From the NCBI RefSeq assembly GCF_052425735.1, contig NC_135770.1, positions 6,262,001-6,326,000 on the forward strand: DNA of 64,000 bases, in the 5' to 3' direction. The notes beneath the pieces were generated by a model. That model was not told the origin of the DNA. It worked only from the letters and a program-made list of their open reading frames with translations, and made no database searches. The stretch's first letter is position 1; the number at the start of each line of letters is the position of its first letter. Shown here piece by piece: positions 11,672 through 26,100 of the stretch. Made by a program: the position numbers and the translations under genes. Source of the stretch: Oculina patagonica (taxonomy: Eukaryota).

Positions 11672-14600
11672 CTTTATTAAGTTAAAATTTAGCTGACTGC
11701 AAAAACTGAAAATGGCTAATCTCATCGAAATTATTCTTCACTGCTAGATCACACGCACAATCGGATAACATAGATCCTTTCTGAATAATTGGGCTTATTA
11801 TTATCATGCACAAACAGCTACAAACAAATTACAAACTCCTGGCCCATGGAAAATATACAACAATATAATCTAAATGTTGGTATTAAGTATTAAAATGTTA
11901 GCCTGTATACGGAGCAGGTTTATCGATTTATATTATTTAAAAAATAAAGCTTTTTTAAGAAACAAATAGTCCCCATTTGTAAAAAAAAATGGCCTTTGTA
12001 TATACATGTAATTTTCTGTCGAGGTTATAGCGAAAGACACATATTTTTAAGTAATTAAATGCTACGTTTATGGAAATTTGTTAAGGCGTTTCAGTAAATG
12101 TTTCCCGACTTATGTCAGTAAGTTTCATTTCATTATTTTTCTACCCTGTTTTGTCAGCGGAATAAAAGAACGGTTGTATCTCGTTAAAATGATAATCAAA
12201 TATGCTCTTTGAGATTTTATGCGTATGCATTTTTAAAAAGTACATACTTTGAATTAACTGTTAAATCTAGCTCTAAACTATCTAAACTATTTAAGTGTCC
12301 CTTATAAGATGGTATTGACATAATGTGCGTTTCCTAATATACAAATTCCTTGTACATCGATTGAAGATTTGTGCGGTGTACGTTCACCTCTGCACATGCA
12401 AATTTGTCGAGAAACACATCATTCGCATTGTTTGTCATTGATTGTCGTTTTCATCTTTTGAAGTTTTCATGAAGACTTGTTTGATCACTAACTACATTCT
12501 TTTCTTTATTTCGGGAGATTTTAATGTATTTTTTAGAAGTTTTGATACGATTTTCAGGATATTTCCGCCAGAGAAATTAAATATTCAAGCGATTGTGCTA
12601 AACTATTTTGCAAAAAACAAAAGATCAGGCCGATATTCGTTCCGCGTGGATGAACTGTTCCCACTAGCTTGACTTCTCAAACATTCAATACAACCAGATC
12701 CTTAATAAAATCGTGATATTCGAAGTTAAACTCTCTTATCAAATAAACAACATATTAAATCGCGTTTAAAACAAATCATTTGCGATCCAAATAGTGAACA
12801 GATTAGCGCAAAAATTCCAAGTTTGAAAATGGTTCATTGCATCTCAAGGGTATAAAATGCGCTGGAACGCAGTAAAGTTAAAACATCTAAGATCTCTGGT
12901 AGATTTCAAATACAAACTGATGAAAAGGAATGATTTGGGTGAAACTATTGATCGATTTCATATGTAGCTAACAGACACATATGTTGATATGTGAAAGTTT
13001 GGATCGAAGTTATTGTAAGCATGCTTCGTTTAGATTTGCATACCAAAGTTTAATTTGAGGTGTCTCAAAGTTGAAGTGAGAAATCACGCGACAACAATGT
13101 TTGCGTCGTTTGTTGATGGTATTCAAACAAACACTATCAGATCTTTCCGTTCATATGAAAGGTTACATGTAATGCAATAATTTCGACTACGAAAGGATCG
13201 AGACTTCCGCAAGATCGTAAGGAGTGGCGATTTCGGTTAAACAGGACAAGTCTTGAATAACAAAACATTGATCTGTTAGATCCCGAAATCCGGCCTCATT
13301 CTCGCAATAGTAGAGGAGTAAGAGCTAATATTTACGTTACTGTTTACACAGATCTACGAAAATGTAAAGTCAAAAGTAGCAACTTTACCTACCTTCCCAT
13401 TCAATTCTCGGCTCCAAAAGCGTCAATGCATATCACACGAAAACTTAAACCACAGAGAAAGCAAACGGCAAATTCAATTCTCAATTGTGATCTTCAAAGC
13501 TATTCACGTGCAATTTGCGTCTATAGTTGATTTTAATTTGCCTTTGGTAAATGATCCGTGGACTTTTGACGTACAACGCTGAAATCTCGAAAATTCTCTC
13601 AGTGCTTTTTATATGACAACCAAAACTATTTTTGCCCCAAGGGCTCTAAACCGCTGAGCTCATTGACGTTGGTTTCAATTGTTGTCCAATAATAATAGCG
13701 GCAGCACTTTTTAATCCATAGCTTTTGCTCGCAGTGTAAAACAATTGTCGTTTTATTGATTTAACTTTAAGTAAGTGAATTCAAACTCTCTTCAAGAATC
13801 GCCAAGGACAAGTAGCAAAGCTAATTCGAAATCTTTGCACTTGTCACTAAAACATTTTTAATAAGCTGAAACGGATGAAATGAAACAGTGGGGTGTTTTG
13901 TAATTGTCGGTTTATATCACAACAAATAAAATTGTTAGCAACAGATTCGCTCCCCTGCACCTGAATGTAGGTCCGTTTGGCGTACAAAGGATAAAACAAA
14001 TATTTTGTGATAGAAAGCTAGCCACTTGTTGAAACGGCTAACAACGCACGTTTGTTAGTGCTCGAGTGAACTGCGCGAAATGTGAAGTACTTGTGAATCT
14101 TCCGTCCTCTAAAGGGCCATTATCGCCTGCTATCTTGTCGGAACCTCGCGCAAACTTCGTCTTTCGATGTCATTTTTCTATTTTCTGAAATGATATAACA
14201 GATAAAGTGATTGTTTACTGTGAAAGCTTTGTTAAGCCACCTCCCTTATTTTCAAACCCTGCAGTCTTAAATAGGTCCCCCTCTACAGCTTCGATTTTAT
14301 ATTTAGCCCCTTTTATAAAGCACCCCCTCCCCCACTCAGGACAGTAGAGCAAGAGCATTTATAAAGAGGAAATAGAATTGTTTTTAAGTAACTTCGTTTT
14401 TAGCGTTGACCCTTTTTACCTTGTTACTTTTTGTAGAGATACGTTATTAACTAGAATTTGTTCTCTTCAGTGTATTCGCGAGTTGATTTAGAAACTGAAA
14501 TAAGTTCCCTCCTTTCTCTTCCATTAGACCCCCACTCAAGACCTTGAAAAGTAATTAATTTTGCACCCGGATGCTTTTATGGTATGTCGTTTTTGTCAAC

Positions 14601-16569
14601 TGAAAGCTACAAGCTTAGTTTGAGCAAGAAACGTACGGAAAAGAAAGAAAAACAGTTCGTCGAATTCTGCTTTCCAACTATTGTTAGACATAGTTTATAT
14701 TTTTTAACGTTCATACATTGCTTGCTGATATACGGACTTTAACCCCGGGGAAAAGTGCCAGCAAGCTAAACGTTTCTGTCTGTAATATATTCATAATTGT
14801 TTGTGAAACATTCCTTTGATTTATTTCCGTTATCGATGAAAACTACTTGCACGCGCAAATATTTCGAATTCGCCTACGTTCACTTCAATCTACCAAGTAT
14901 TTCTACAAATTGTCGTTTAGCGATTGATGACCAAAAATAAATAGGGATTCCTACAGTCTACAGCGCCAACACAACAACGGTAGCGTATCTGAAGTATGAC
15001 CCGCCGTGTTTCCTATGCTGTCTACATATAATGTCATAAAGATATGTCGGTTCGCAGACTCTTTTAAAAATTAGAAGCTCCCGAAACTGTTAAACTGAAC
15101 TTGAATACAGAGTGATTCATGAAACTTAATCAGTGTATCTACTGGTCAGTATGAATCAGTCACATGAGGTTGGATTATTTCAACAAACCTTTTGTACTTC
15201 GTTTAAGCCCAGGGGAAGGGGGTACCCCCTATAAAGGACTATATGGAGATCTAGAGGCTCCGCCCGGAAGTGGTTCCTTTTACAGGCTGGAGGTACATAA
15301 AAGAATAGGGATTTCACGAGTTGGAGTATAGAAAAGGGTAGGGGAAACTGTCAGTTAGGTATCTGTAAAAAAAACAAAACCGAACGGCCGATTCATAGAA
15401 TTGTTTTAAGGGGTTATTCAAGTAAAAAGTTCCGAAAATACGGATACAGTATCCCTGCTGGAGGGATAGAGTTTCTTTACCATTTTCAATCGAAAGTGTA
15501 TAAAAGAGTTTAATTTTCTGTCAAAACTGGTATAGTAAAAAAGGGTGACAGTTTGATCCTCGCGGCAAAGCCACCACGTATAAAAGAATTTTGAGCATTC
15601 CCCTTACCCGGGAGGGAGCGTTTGGCGTTTGGCGTTTACGGCCAAAACAATCAATTTCTGTATGGAAAATATTTCAGATCCTGTAGTAGGCAGTAGAAAA
15701 CCTATGAAATCTACATTTTAATTCTGTTTTAATTTTTTAATTTTAATTCTGACCAGGAAAATTCCTCCCTGGGTCTGCGAGTTGATGCAATTGTTTTGTA
15801 AAAACCAAAGCGACCTACGGTAAGATCAAGATTTTCCCGTATATATACCGGTTTAACTGTTTATTTGCCGTGAGATACAGACTAACTAATATTACATTAT
15901 TCCAACTTTTTGTTTTTGTTTCCGACACCAACTATGTATTATGCTAATAAAGCTGAGAGCAAAGTTCACTAAAAAGCTCCTCACCCCACCTTCCCCTCAG
16001 GCAATAAAGTAAACATGCATAATAAATCACGGCAGGGCATAGTGCCCCTCCCTTCCACCTTGACATTCATTTGCAAGGCCGGGTTGCTGGGGTTGCTTTA
16101 GCCAGTTGTATTTAACATTTAATTGCTACGTTTTGTAACCGGAGTAGCTTTTTTGTGGTCCTTTTCAGTATCAGTGAACGGACAATTTGTGTAGTGAATC
16201 AATAGGAAGAACCTGCTGGTGGCAACTTATACCATACTATACAGCATTTTTTTGGCTTTTGAGAATGGCCTTTCGAGCTCAAAGAGGTTAGCTCTTTTAT
16301 TAGGCAGAGTATAGCGCATGAGAAAGTGTTCCTAATTCTCTCCCTACTTACCTTATTGTTCCTTTTTTACGTTTTTCAACGTATTTTTAATGGTTTTAAC
16401 TTATTATTTTTTGGTCAAATCGCGTAAATTAAGTCTCGCGAAATACGCCTGTTCCACCCGCGAAAATAAGTAACAAAGAGGTCGGCAAGCACAAGCACAG
16501 GGTCAAAATTTGTCCTTTTTGCGTGATCGCGCTTGTGCTTGCGTCGCTAGTGAAAACCAGGCTTAAGTA

Positions 16570-16825
16570 ACTCGCGTTTGCTTTGGTTTTGCATCTCTAC
16601 GCTTAGCAATTGGTTAAAAAAACTCGCGCCACTTTCTCGACCAATCAGAAATAAAGCCAAAACCAATCTTGGCTTACTTACACACGTTTTCCCGCGCTTC
16701 CTATCGGTTACAAGTATTTTCTTCAACTTTTGATTGGTTCATTGGATTGTCTGCGACTTTGTGATTGGCCAGAGGCTTTGATAACATTGGTTTTGGTTTA
16801 ACAACAATCAATCGAAATCCGCTCT
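16570..16825 (-). mobile_element. Dispersed CCAATC-rich MITE family copy
   Basis: Reverse-orientation match to 23761-24045. Confidence 0.6.
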
Positions 16826-18335
16826 TTCGTTATAGTAATTTAATTCTTTTTACAATCTTTCAGCCTCGGGTATTATCCTCCAATATACCAGCCGCCTGAT
16901 GGGGTTTATTTATTAAATAGCTTTAATAGCTGACCCAGTTGTTCAAAGGGTGGATAACGCTCTCCACCTAATAAATCAGTTTGTTTTGTTTGTTTGCTTG
17001 TTTTTTATTGTTTTTGAATACGCAGCTTCTTTCCCAAGCGCCATTGCATTTTGTCGGTAAGGGGTGGGTATTGGAGAAAGAGGTCCTGGAACATGTAATT
17101 TTAAAATCATTCAAACTTATTTTCTAGAGTCCCAGTTGTTGGCGATTCTTCTCAGCGGTGCGAAATGATCTTTCCTTTCACTAAAAAAAGTCTACAGGGA
17201 ATATAGCGGGAGGCGGAAAGCAGGCAGGTTGCGGGAAGAGAGCGGGATGCGGGAAGCGGGAAGCGAGCGGGACAAGCGCGCGCGTTGATATTCTCGAGTG
17301 ACACTCACACGGTTCGCGAGGCCCGCCGTACATGCACACACCCTAGACGCTTGCTTCCGCCGGGTGCACAAGTGAACTTACACAAAAAAGTGACTGTTTC
17401 GTAGGCTACATATTATCGGGGTCAAAATTTAACTAAATGTATCTTTTTGATCTCGTTTATAAGCTTTTTTCTTAACCACAGAATATAAATCAAAAATTCC
17501 AATGAATACAAACAACTCAAGTAATCAAAACAGCCCGAAGCTAAACTGCTTGAGCGCCTATTGTGTAAAAACCTTTTTGCTAAAGAGCAACACGGGGCGG
17601 GTTTATTGTTTGCCTATATAATCAAGTCAAAAGCTTACGAAGATGCCTAATGATGCCTTAAATGCGATAAATATCTGTCGACCTTGACAGAGAACCGACA
17701 AACGGGGCGCCTTCGACTTAACCTTGATTGCGTGCGCCAAGCCGATTTCGCGATCAAACATTTCCAAGTTAACTCTTTGTGTTTGAAGAAGTATAGATAT
17801 AGGTCATTAAATTTATAAAGCATGGGAGCTTTCTTTTGCCATTTTTGTGCAGAGTCATTACGTAGCCAGAGCGTTTGATCCGAGAAGCGAAAGGACTGGG
17901 AAAGATTCTCACTGGGACATTGAAAACAAGTTACAAAGGCGTTTATTGTTGACTGCCAAATTCATTGTTTTCCCTTATAAGATAGACAAAGGCTGGTGAA
18001 GCAAGTCAGAAAAAGTGATAAATATCTGTCAAACTTAGCCATAGAGAAATGGCTTGTTTTGTTTGGGTTAGCTGAAGGAGAAACATTCGTCACGTTTCAT
18101 GTAATTAATTAACAACCTTAAGAAAGAGGCACAAGGTTGTTTTCGCCAGGCATGGAATAGTTTCATGCAACTAGCGACCACATAAGTTCAATTTACAGTG
18201 TTTTAGTACTTGCAAGAAGCGCCAGTTTGTTTCATGAAATTTGAAAAACGTTCTGGCTTGGAAAACAAGTTACGACCGTTATAGTCTACTGAGTTCGTCG
18301 ACGGACATGCAAAGCTGTCTTCAGATTCCATAACT

Positions 18336-19520
18336 ATGTCTTCAACTTTACGCACCGTCTTATTTACAAACATTTCAACGGAGCCACTCCAAAGACTAAC
18401 CACAACTCCAACGCCATTCCTACAGGATGTCAAGTATCTTACAACTAGTGAAGTCGCTATAAGCACCTTGTACTACACTTGTGTGGTTTTCACAATTTTT
18501 GTCGGAAATGCACTAGTTATTTCAGCCTACCAGAAAAACTGGCGACTTCAAACAACTACAAACACTTTTATACTGGGCTTGGCTGTAGCAGATTTAATGG
18601 TGGGTTTCGTTTCAATTCCCTGCTGGTTTTACGTGTATAGCTGCCATTATTTCGACACTACACTTCATCCTGTTGGTTACGAACTGTACATAACGCTCGA
18701 TGTCTTCATAGGATGCGCGTCTATTTTTCAACTCACTGCTATTAGCATTGAGCGATGCATAGCCGTAGTTTGGCCGATCAGGCATCGCGGAATCCACGAA
18801 GGCGTCTTCCACGCCATGATATTAATCGCGTGGAGTTGCTCGGCTCTTGTGGCAGGACTGTACCCGATACAACTCAAGCATTGGGAAGAAGGCTACACGG
18901 TGTTCATATTTACAATGTGCTTTGTTGGGCCCTTTATCGTCATGTTTGCAGTGTACCTACTGATCTACGAAACAGCCGGTCGTTCGCGGACAAGGGTATA
19001 CCCCGAGCTAGCCGCTGCTACGATCCACAGGGAAATTCGCATTGCGGGTACAGTAGCCCTTGTTACCGGCCTCTTCATGATCGCGTGGTTCCCGTTCTTT
19101 GTCGTAACGGTGGTGGCTACGTACGATTTGGAACGCTTACCCGAGCCTCCTGGTCTCTTCCGCTTAATAGCGTTCGTGAAAGCACTGCACTATACAAACT
19201 CGGCACTAAACCCGATCTTGTACGGCTACCGTAACCCTGAAATGAGGAAAACTATGCATAGTGTAGCGTTCGCGTGCTGTCCGCTCCTCGCCATGTTCAA
19301 GAGGAGGCCATCTGGGTTGCAAGCCAGGTTAAACCGTGTTGGAATGCAGGCCTTCGTGCCCGGAACAATGTTAGCTGTGCCGAGCCTGTTCGAAAGACGA
19401 AGCACTCCAAGTAATAGTACAGCTACAACGGTTGTTGCGTTTGTTAATAGAGGCGGAGACGTGGAGTCAAGACCAGCAAGTTTACATGAATCTCTTAGAG
19501 AACTGAGCTCTGCAGAATAA
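18336..19520 (+). CDS. Class A (rhodopsin-like) GPCR, biogenic-amine-receptor-like, intronless
   Basis: 394-aa ORF with seven hydrophobic segments and the motifs GNALV (TM1), LAVADL (TM2), Asp in TM3 (LDVFIGCASI), ISIERC (DRY equivalent), AWFPFF (TM6) and NSALNPILY (NPxxY). Confidence 0.93.
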   Translation: MSSTLRTVLFTNISTEPLQRLTTTPTPFLQDVKYLTTSEVAISTLYYTCVVFTIFVGNALVISAYQKNWRLQTTTNTFILGLAVADLMVGFVSIPCWFYVYSCHYFDTTLHPVGYELYITLDVFIGCASIFQLTAISIERCIAVVWPIRHRGIHEGVFHAMILIAWSCSALVAGLYPIQLKHWEEGYTVFIFTMCFVGPFIVMFAVYLLIYETAGRSRTRVYPELAAATIHREIRIAGTVALVTGLFMIAWFPFFVVTVVATYDLERLPEPPGLFRLIAFVKALHYTNSALNPILYGYRNPEMRKTMHSVAFACCPLLAMFKRRPSGLQARLNRVGMQAFVPGTMLAVPSLFERRSTPSNSTATTVVAFVNRGGDVESRPASLHESLRELSSAE

Positions 19521-19999
19521 CTGAACCATTTCATGGATTTATTTCATGCAGACTCTTAGATCTACTTTTATTATATCAAATCGAAATGAATTTCTAAAAA
19601 GGTCCTTATTCGTATGCGACGCAAACAGAGTTGATAAGATCAGGAACTGAATGTCCGGTATTTTTTTAATCAACAAGAAAATGCAAGAAGACTTGATATT
19701 ACTTTGCAAAGTTCGTGAATTTATTACGATATGTCTTAACTTAATTAATTATACAAATTAATTAATGCCAAAAAAGTTTGCATCCGTTATCCTAGTAATT
19801 CAGTAATTTACACTGTCTCGGCATTATTGTAAAGAAGGCTACGCAGGTTCTTAGCCGTTTCGACCAATGGGGCTCGTCATGAAAATTTGGCACTGAATTG
19901 TTCTCAGCTGCAAGAAACACTTCTACAAAAACAAGGGTTAGTTTTAAAGAACCTCAAATTTTTTGAGGATGTATATACTCACGCAGTATATCATTCATT

Positions 20000-20515
20000 A
20001 TTATACATTAGAATTACTTTGAAACTTGTGATTGGTCGAGCGCATTCAGTCAATATACAGTAGCATGTGAACTTGACATGATAACCCAACATCTGCAGCA
20101 GATATTGGGTTATCATGTCGAGTTCAAAGTCCGCCTAGTTTCCAAGCCCCTCGTCCGTGTAGTGTTGTCAAACTTTCGAAAATATGGCTGAGCGATTCGC
20201 CTCCGATTCCGAATAGGGAAAAAAAAATTCTGAATGATTATTTGAGAGGGAAGAACCTGGAGGAACCACAAGATAAAACCGCTTTGGCCAATATTCTGAC
20301 GAAGTTTTACGCCGGCGCTAGAAAAAGAGATGGCAAATTGTTAAAAAACGTATAATAAAACAATTATTGAATTCGGTTTTCGCATGATATCGTGAATTAT
20401 CAAAACCTCGTGTCTGTATTATCTGCCTCAGCCTCCGGCTTCGGCAGATAACACAGACCTCGGTTTTGATAATTCACGATATCATGCTCAACCTCATCCA
20501 ATAATTGCTTATTAT
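20000..20515. mobile_element. Non-autonomous element with long terminal hairpin (Helitron/Helentron-like)
   Basis: Hairpin atgatatcgtgaattatcaaaacc..tctgcc / ggcaga..ggttttgataattcacgatatcat at ~20360-20510. Confidence 0.5.
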
Positions 20516-21459
20516 TGTAAGTATACGACTCAGTACAATAGTCAAAGGATTTAAGGGTTGTAATCGACCTACACTCCTACATTAATAAAGCCATTGCCAT
20601 TTGGGTTATATTTGTTGTTATAACAATTTATTATCATTTCTTGTCAATTCAATTAAAGGCATCAGTAGACTTAATGGGTAATTCTTTTATGGCTTCCAAA
20701 CACTTTAATGATAAACACATTCCAAAAAAAATTAGGCGGCTGAGTACAGATGGTCAAAAATGAAACATATTAAGAGATGATTGAACTGAGCCGCTAATTA
20801 TATAAACTGGATTTCTGTTCAGCAAACACAAACAAACAAACAAACAGACAAACAAAACTACATAGAGTTGGAGGGCGGATATTTCCTACAGGGGACTATA
20901 CGGGGGGGGGGGGGGGGGGGGACTGCCAATAAGGGAGAAGCGAGTGGTCATCATTTAATGGGTGGGGGCTGGTGAATGGGAGAATTAAACATCAAAAACT
21001 TTTTACGCCTCCCCCTATAAGCTCAAGTAAACTTTTCTAGCTCCTCCCCATGTCAGTAGCTAGGGAATTTTTGTCCCCTCACCCCTTCGCCTGCAACCGA
21101 TCGACATAGAATAAAAAAACTAAGTGACCAACATATACCGGTAAAGAAGTATTCAGAAGAGTATTCAAGGCCGTAACAGGCGAACCGTCAGGCACTTGTC
21201 TCGGTCAAAATCATGAAATAAATAATTTTTTCATGTTCCTGTAAGAAGTTGATATGAAAAAAGGTGTTTCTTTTCTTGTTACACCTTAAAAATTGCATTT
21301 CCTGGGTTCTAGACATCTTAATTTGACCCCCTGGCCTAGCTTCGGCGCTTTGCAATTGCTTCGGTTATCAGAAACGTCTGGCTACGGGCCTGAACTTGAA
21401 TACTTAGTTTAAAAACGTCCTAGCATCATCATGTTTTGCAAATGAAATACAATGCATGA

Positions 21460-21830
21460 TCAGGAGCCCATTACCTGGAGCGTGCAGCTTCCATATATTT
21501 GTGCAACGGCATTCTCACAAGTTATTTTTAGCCAAGCTTTTCCCGCGAAAATTGTAAGTCAGCTGCTGCTTTGCGAGAAAATACTGAAACCATCCCTCGA
21601 AATACTGTCAGAACACTCCAAAGAAGATTCTTCGCATGTGTGCACCATGTTAACTTCCCATGTGGACGAGGTACTGCTATTACGCACCAATAATATTACG
21701 AAATCGCTTAAGATTGGCTATCCCAAACCAATTCGCAGGAAAATCACATCTAAAAATAACTTTACTTGTGAAAATGCCGTTTTGCAGTCGCAGTATGGAA
21801 GTTGTTTGCTCCGGGTAATGGGCTCCTGAT
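21460..21830. mobile_element. MITE
   Basis: TIRs tcaggagcccattacctggagc / gctccgggtaatgggctcctga. Confidence 0.7.
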
Positions 21831-21984
21831 GCTATGCATAATTTTTGGATATCTCATTCATCAACATAATTAACAATAAATAAATATGAACTAGCTAAAC
21901 TGTTACTGATATTTCAAGGATAATCTATATAAGCTGGGAGCGAATCCCAGGAAATAACCAGTGACCATGAAAAATGGTCACTCC

Positions 21985-22336
21985 GTTGGTCTCCGTTATA
22001 AATGCCAAATTTATGGAATTTGATCCCTGATGATTTAAAAAGTGTTAATTCACCTCATAGTTTTAGGAAAAAGGTTAAGCAATATCTCTTAAATATTAGG
22101 CAATAATTTAAACTCTAGCCGTAACGACATATGAGATTTCTTTAACATAGGATGCTAAATTAGTTTATACATAATACACTACCATACAAACCTGATTGTA
22201 AATAGATAATACCATATTAATTAGACTCGGGGTTCTTGTAAAAGCCCGAAAGGGTTTCCTTATCCCCCAGCATATTGATGTAAATTGATCAATGAGTTAT
22301 ATATACAATAAAGTGTTCCAAACGAAAAAAAAAAAT
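21985..22336 (+). mobile_element. 3' end of CR1/L2-clade LINE with poly(A) tail
   Basis: Translates LWNLIPDDLKSVNSPHSFRKKVKQYLL*, followed by a 3'UTR stem-loop, AATAAA and an A-run. Confidence 0.65.
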
Positions 22337-22544
22337 TCAAAAGAGGTTTCTTTTCAGGCTAGAGGTTTACGAAAGGGTAGAGATTTCACGAGTTGCAGAA
22401 AAGGGTAGAGAAAACTGTCATTTTGGCGACGGCGAATCAAGCAGAGAAGCCGCGGAGGGAAAATTCGAGTTCTCAACTTGACTATTATGTAGGTACTCCT
22501 CGTTCTCCTCGCGTCTTCGTCGCTCGCGATTGCGGCTCGGCCGT

Positions 22545-22874
22545 CCACAGGCAGACCACCCTATGTGTTCGTAGTTAATTATTGTTGTTGACATGAGACG
22601 AACAAAAGAAATTTTGAAATCGATAAGGGCTACTGAAATAAAGCTTTAGAAATAAAATATCTAAACTACATTTCGCTCTAAATATCTCAATACGACACAT
22701 AAGTCGATAAACATTTCATTAAACTTTATTGAGATATTTAGAGCGAAATGTAGTTTAGATATTTTATTTCTAAAGCTTTATTTCAGTAGCCCTTATCGAT
22801 TTCAAAATTTCTTTTGTTCGTCTCATGTCAACAACAATAATTAACCACGAACACATAGGGTGGTGTGCCTGTGG
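22545..22874. repeat. Near-perfect inverted repeat, ~148-bp arms with ~34-bp spacer, upstream of FIBP
   Basis: 22545-22692 is the reverse complement of 22727-22874 with about two mismatches. Confidence 0.9.
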
Positions 22875-23104
22875 GCCGTCGAAACCAAAACTTGACAGTA
22901 TAAGTGGTGCTCCATACACAACGTATGATACTCGAAAAATAGGACCGCTGACCTAAGTCGCCCACATAAAATAAAACATGGCGGAAAGGAAACGGAAAAC
23001 AGGTGTTGAAGGGGAACATTTTGGTCGAGAATAACACACTTTTCAGTCCAGTATGCTAATGTTGGAAGCTGCATAACACTCATCAGCTGCTATTGAAATA
23101 AAAA

Positions 23105-26100
23105 ATGGAGGACATAGATGTATTTTTCATGGACCCGACCTTCATCGACCTGCAAGTTTACACCTTGTGGTTGCAAGGTTTCTCCGGTGAGTTTATGGCT
23201 TCGCATTATATATTTTTGTAATCACGGCGTTAGTCTATAGTTTAATTAATTTCCTTCGCTGACGGCCTTTCTCGTTGTATCCAGATCGCGTTTTACTTTA
23301 AAAACGGTCGTTTTACTTTTGAATCAGAGTCGTTTTACCGTTTATCAGAGTTTAATCTCTTATATCCAATAACTTTCTTGATATTTCACATATTAGCTTT
23401 ATACTTTACTTTCTCCATGTAGGCTTAAATCTTTTAAATTTATCAGGCATTGAAACCACTAGAAGACTTTCAGCTTTTAAAAAATAACATGCCAAAATAT
23501 CCTCGAGGTAGGGATAATGGTAGTTTACTGTAGAACAAAAATTGCTTTTGGGTTCAAGTCTACAATCCTGGGCAAAACAAGTTGAGACAAGACAAAAGAT
23601 AAAATAACATTTTTCCAGGTATCTTACATTTGCAGACAGCAGACTGCAGGTTTGCGAACTTTTACTCCAGTTAGCCTGACTAACACTCCGGTTCAGTAGC
23701 CTGTTTGTGGTTAGCTCTCAAAAATGGTAATGGTAACATGGTATTAACTGATATTACTCTTAGAGTAGTTTTCAATTGAGTGTCGTAAAACCAAAACCAA
23801 AGTAATTACTCTGGTTAATCACAAAGGACACAGACAATCCAGTGAACCAATAAAAACTCGAAGCAAATACATGTAGCTAGCACGAAGCGCGGGAAAACGT
23901 GCGCGAGCGAGTCACGATTGGTTTTGATTTTACTTGTGATTGGCTGAGAAAGTGGCGCGAGATTTTTAAACCAATCACTAAGCGTAGTAATGCAAAACCA
24001 AAGCAAATGCAATTTACTTTCGACACTCAAGTGAAAACCGCTCTAACGCCCGGCATAACAAGGTACATGTTTCCATAATTGTTTCTTCATCTTGCCATAG
24101 TTCAGAAACAACAAATGTTTCTGCTGTGGGGCAGAAGTAACCTGAGTATCAGGCCTTCCTAAGGGGAGGGGGAGGGTAGGGAAGGAAAGAGGAGAGGAAG
24201 GCCTGACACAAACGCATTGATTGGGTCATGTCAAACATCCAGATTCTGGATGTGGCGCTGATTGGGTAATTCACAATGGGCCCTGACGTCACACCACCGG
24301 AAATAAAAATTTCATAACGGCGTCTTCAATGAACTGATGTCCACGCGAACGAACAGTGAGCGAAAACTTCGCTCGACGTTATTCAGCGTTATTTCAGTGT
24401 ATTTATGGAAGGCGACGAATTCAAAACGGCTCGTAAAGGCGCTCTACAGTTTTTCCTGGAATTAGACGTAATAGAGGACAGTAATTATGCCTCGAAAGCT
24501 GCTTGTGAAACGGAAAGTCGACGTCCTCGGAGTTTTAGCAAAATAAAGGTGACGGGCCTACGTTTGTGACATTTGTACCCTTGCCGTTCTGTGTTAAATT
24601 CGGTTTTTCGACGTAATTTGCTTTTCACTTCTTTCTGAGGGGCACTGTTTTATTTAGAGGCATTATGTATTAAATAGAGCCGTAAGATTGTGGCCAAGGA
24701 AGTGTCTAGTGGTCATTGCATAATTGTCTGCGCTGCGTGGTTTCCTGTTTGTTTCACACTTCTTTGCCACATGTTTTGCTAGCTTGTTTTTGCTCAATTC
24801 TATTTGTAAGATATACTTTAAACTCTCGAAATTTTCGCCGTGTAAGGACAAGATATATGTTCCGTGAAAACGTTGATTACTTGCATTTTATTGATGCCGG
24901 GATCGGCATTATAAATATTGTTGCAAGATGTATTGTGTCTTATCAGTTATATCTTGGTCCGGCCTCGTAAGTGACAACCGGAAATGAATTTGATTGGTTG
25001 ACGCTTATCACGCCGTGAGGGGTGGAAGACTGGAATTAAAGCCTCTGTGTCAGGCTTTTCTTTCCGTCCGCGCTCCTTCCTTTTCCCCCTACCCCTTAGA
25101 AAAGCCTGATACTCAGGCTAGGGCAGAAGAAAATTTTGCTTCTTGTAAACAAAAGTTGATGCTGGAAACAATGCTTCCTTTGGGTTAAAACTGGCAAACA
25201 TTTGGGAAACAAGCGTGCACAATGAGTTTTTATGGAAATGTTTCCTGGTTTTGCCAGGCCTTTAGTCTGCAGTCTGCAAATGTCAGACACAGTGATGAGA
25301 GGGAAATTGCAAGTTGAGCTTTGATATCAAATGTGGTGTGGAAGGCCAGTTCAGGTTTGAACAGTTTTGTGCAGGATTTTGGTATCTCTAATTTTAAAAA
25401 AAAAAAAACAGGAAGTAATTGTGGACAATTTAAATTTTTTAAATCTACCAGAAAATGAAGCAACTCAGAGACGAGATTGTGACGAGGTATTCAAAAACCA
25501 TGGTGCATCTCATGCTATCATTACCAGTGATACTCATGACCAGTTTCGCTTGTTCTACATGCTGGAGCGCTTCCTGCAATCTCCACCAATGCTTGCCAAA
25601 CAAATGCTGTTGCAGATTTCACCAGATGTTCAAGATTTGCTTATTGAAAAGTAAGGGCTAAATAATATTGTTTACTGGGTCTCATATGATTTGTACAAAA
25701 TTCGGCAAAAGTCAGCTGATCAACTAAGTTAAGTATTATGTTTCTGCTTGTACTACAATATAAAGCAAATAAGGATTGTCCTATCAGATGTCTTGCCCTG
25801 CTAAAGAGAAAAAAGTAAATAGTTTTTTGTTTAGTACGAAGTAGAATACAGGTATTGCTTTTTTAATATGGTTTGTTCTGCTTTTAAGAATGTTTAGTTG
25901 CATAAAATATCCATACCTCCACCATGGAAGGGGTTTTTTGGAAAAAGAACCCCCCACCCCTCTGGAAATTCCAGTTAAATTTCATACATTTCTTTAAAAT
26001 TTTTGGTCTTTGAGACCCCCCACCCCCCAGGAAATTTCCAATCCCTTCTGTGGGGGGAATATGGATATTTTCTAGAACTATGTCGTTATGATATCTTTTT

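Noticed and set aside
18203-19534. Antisense and alternate-frame ORFs over the GPCR
   Set aside because: Shadow ORFs of a GC-richer coding region with no recognisable motifs.
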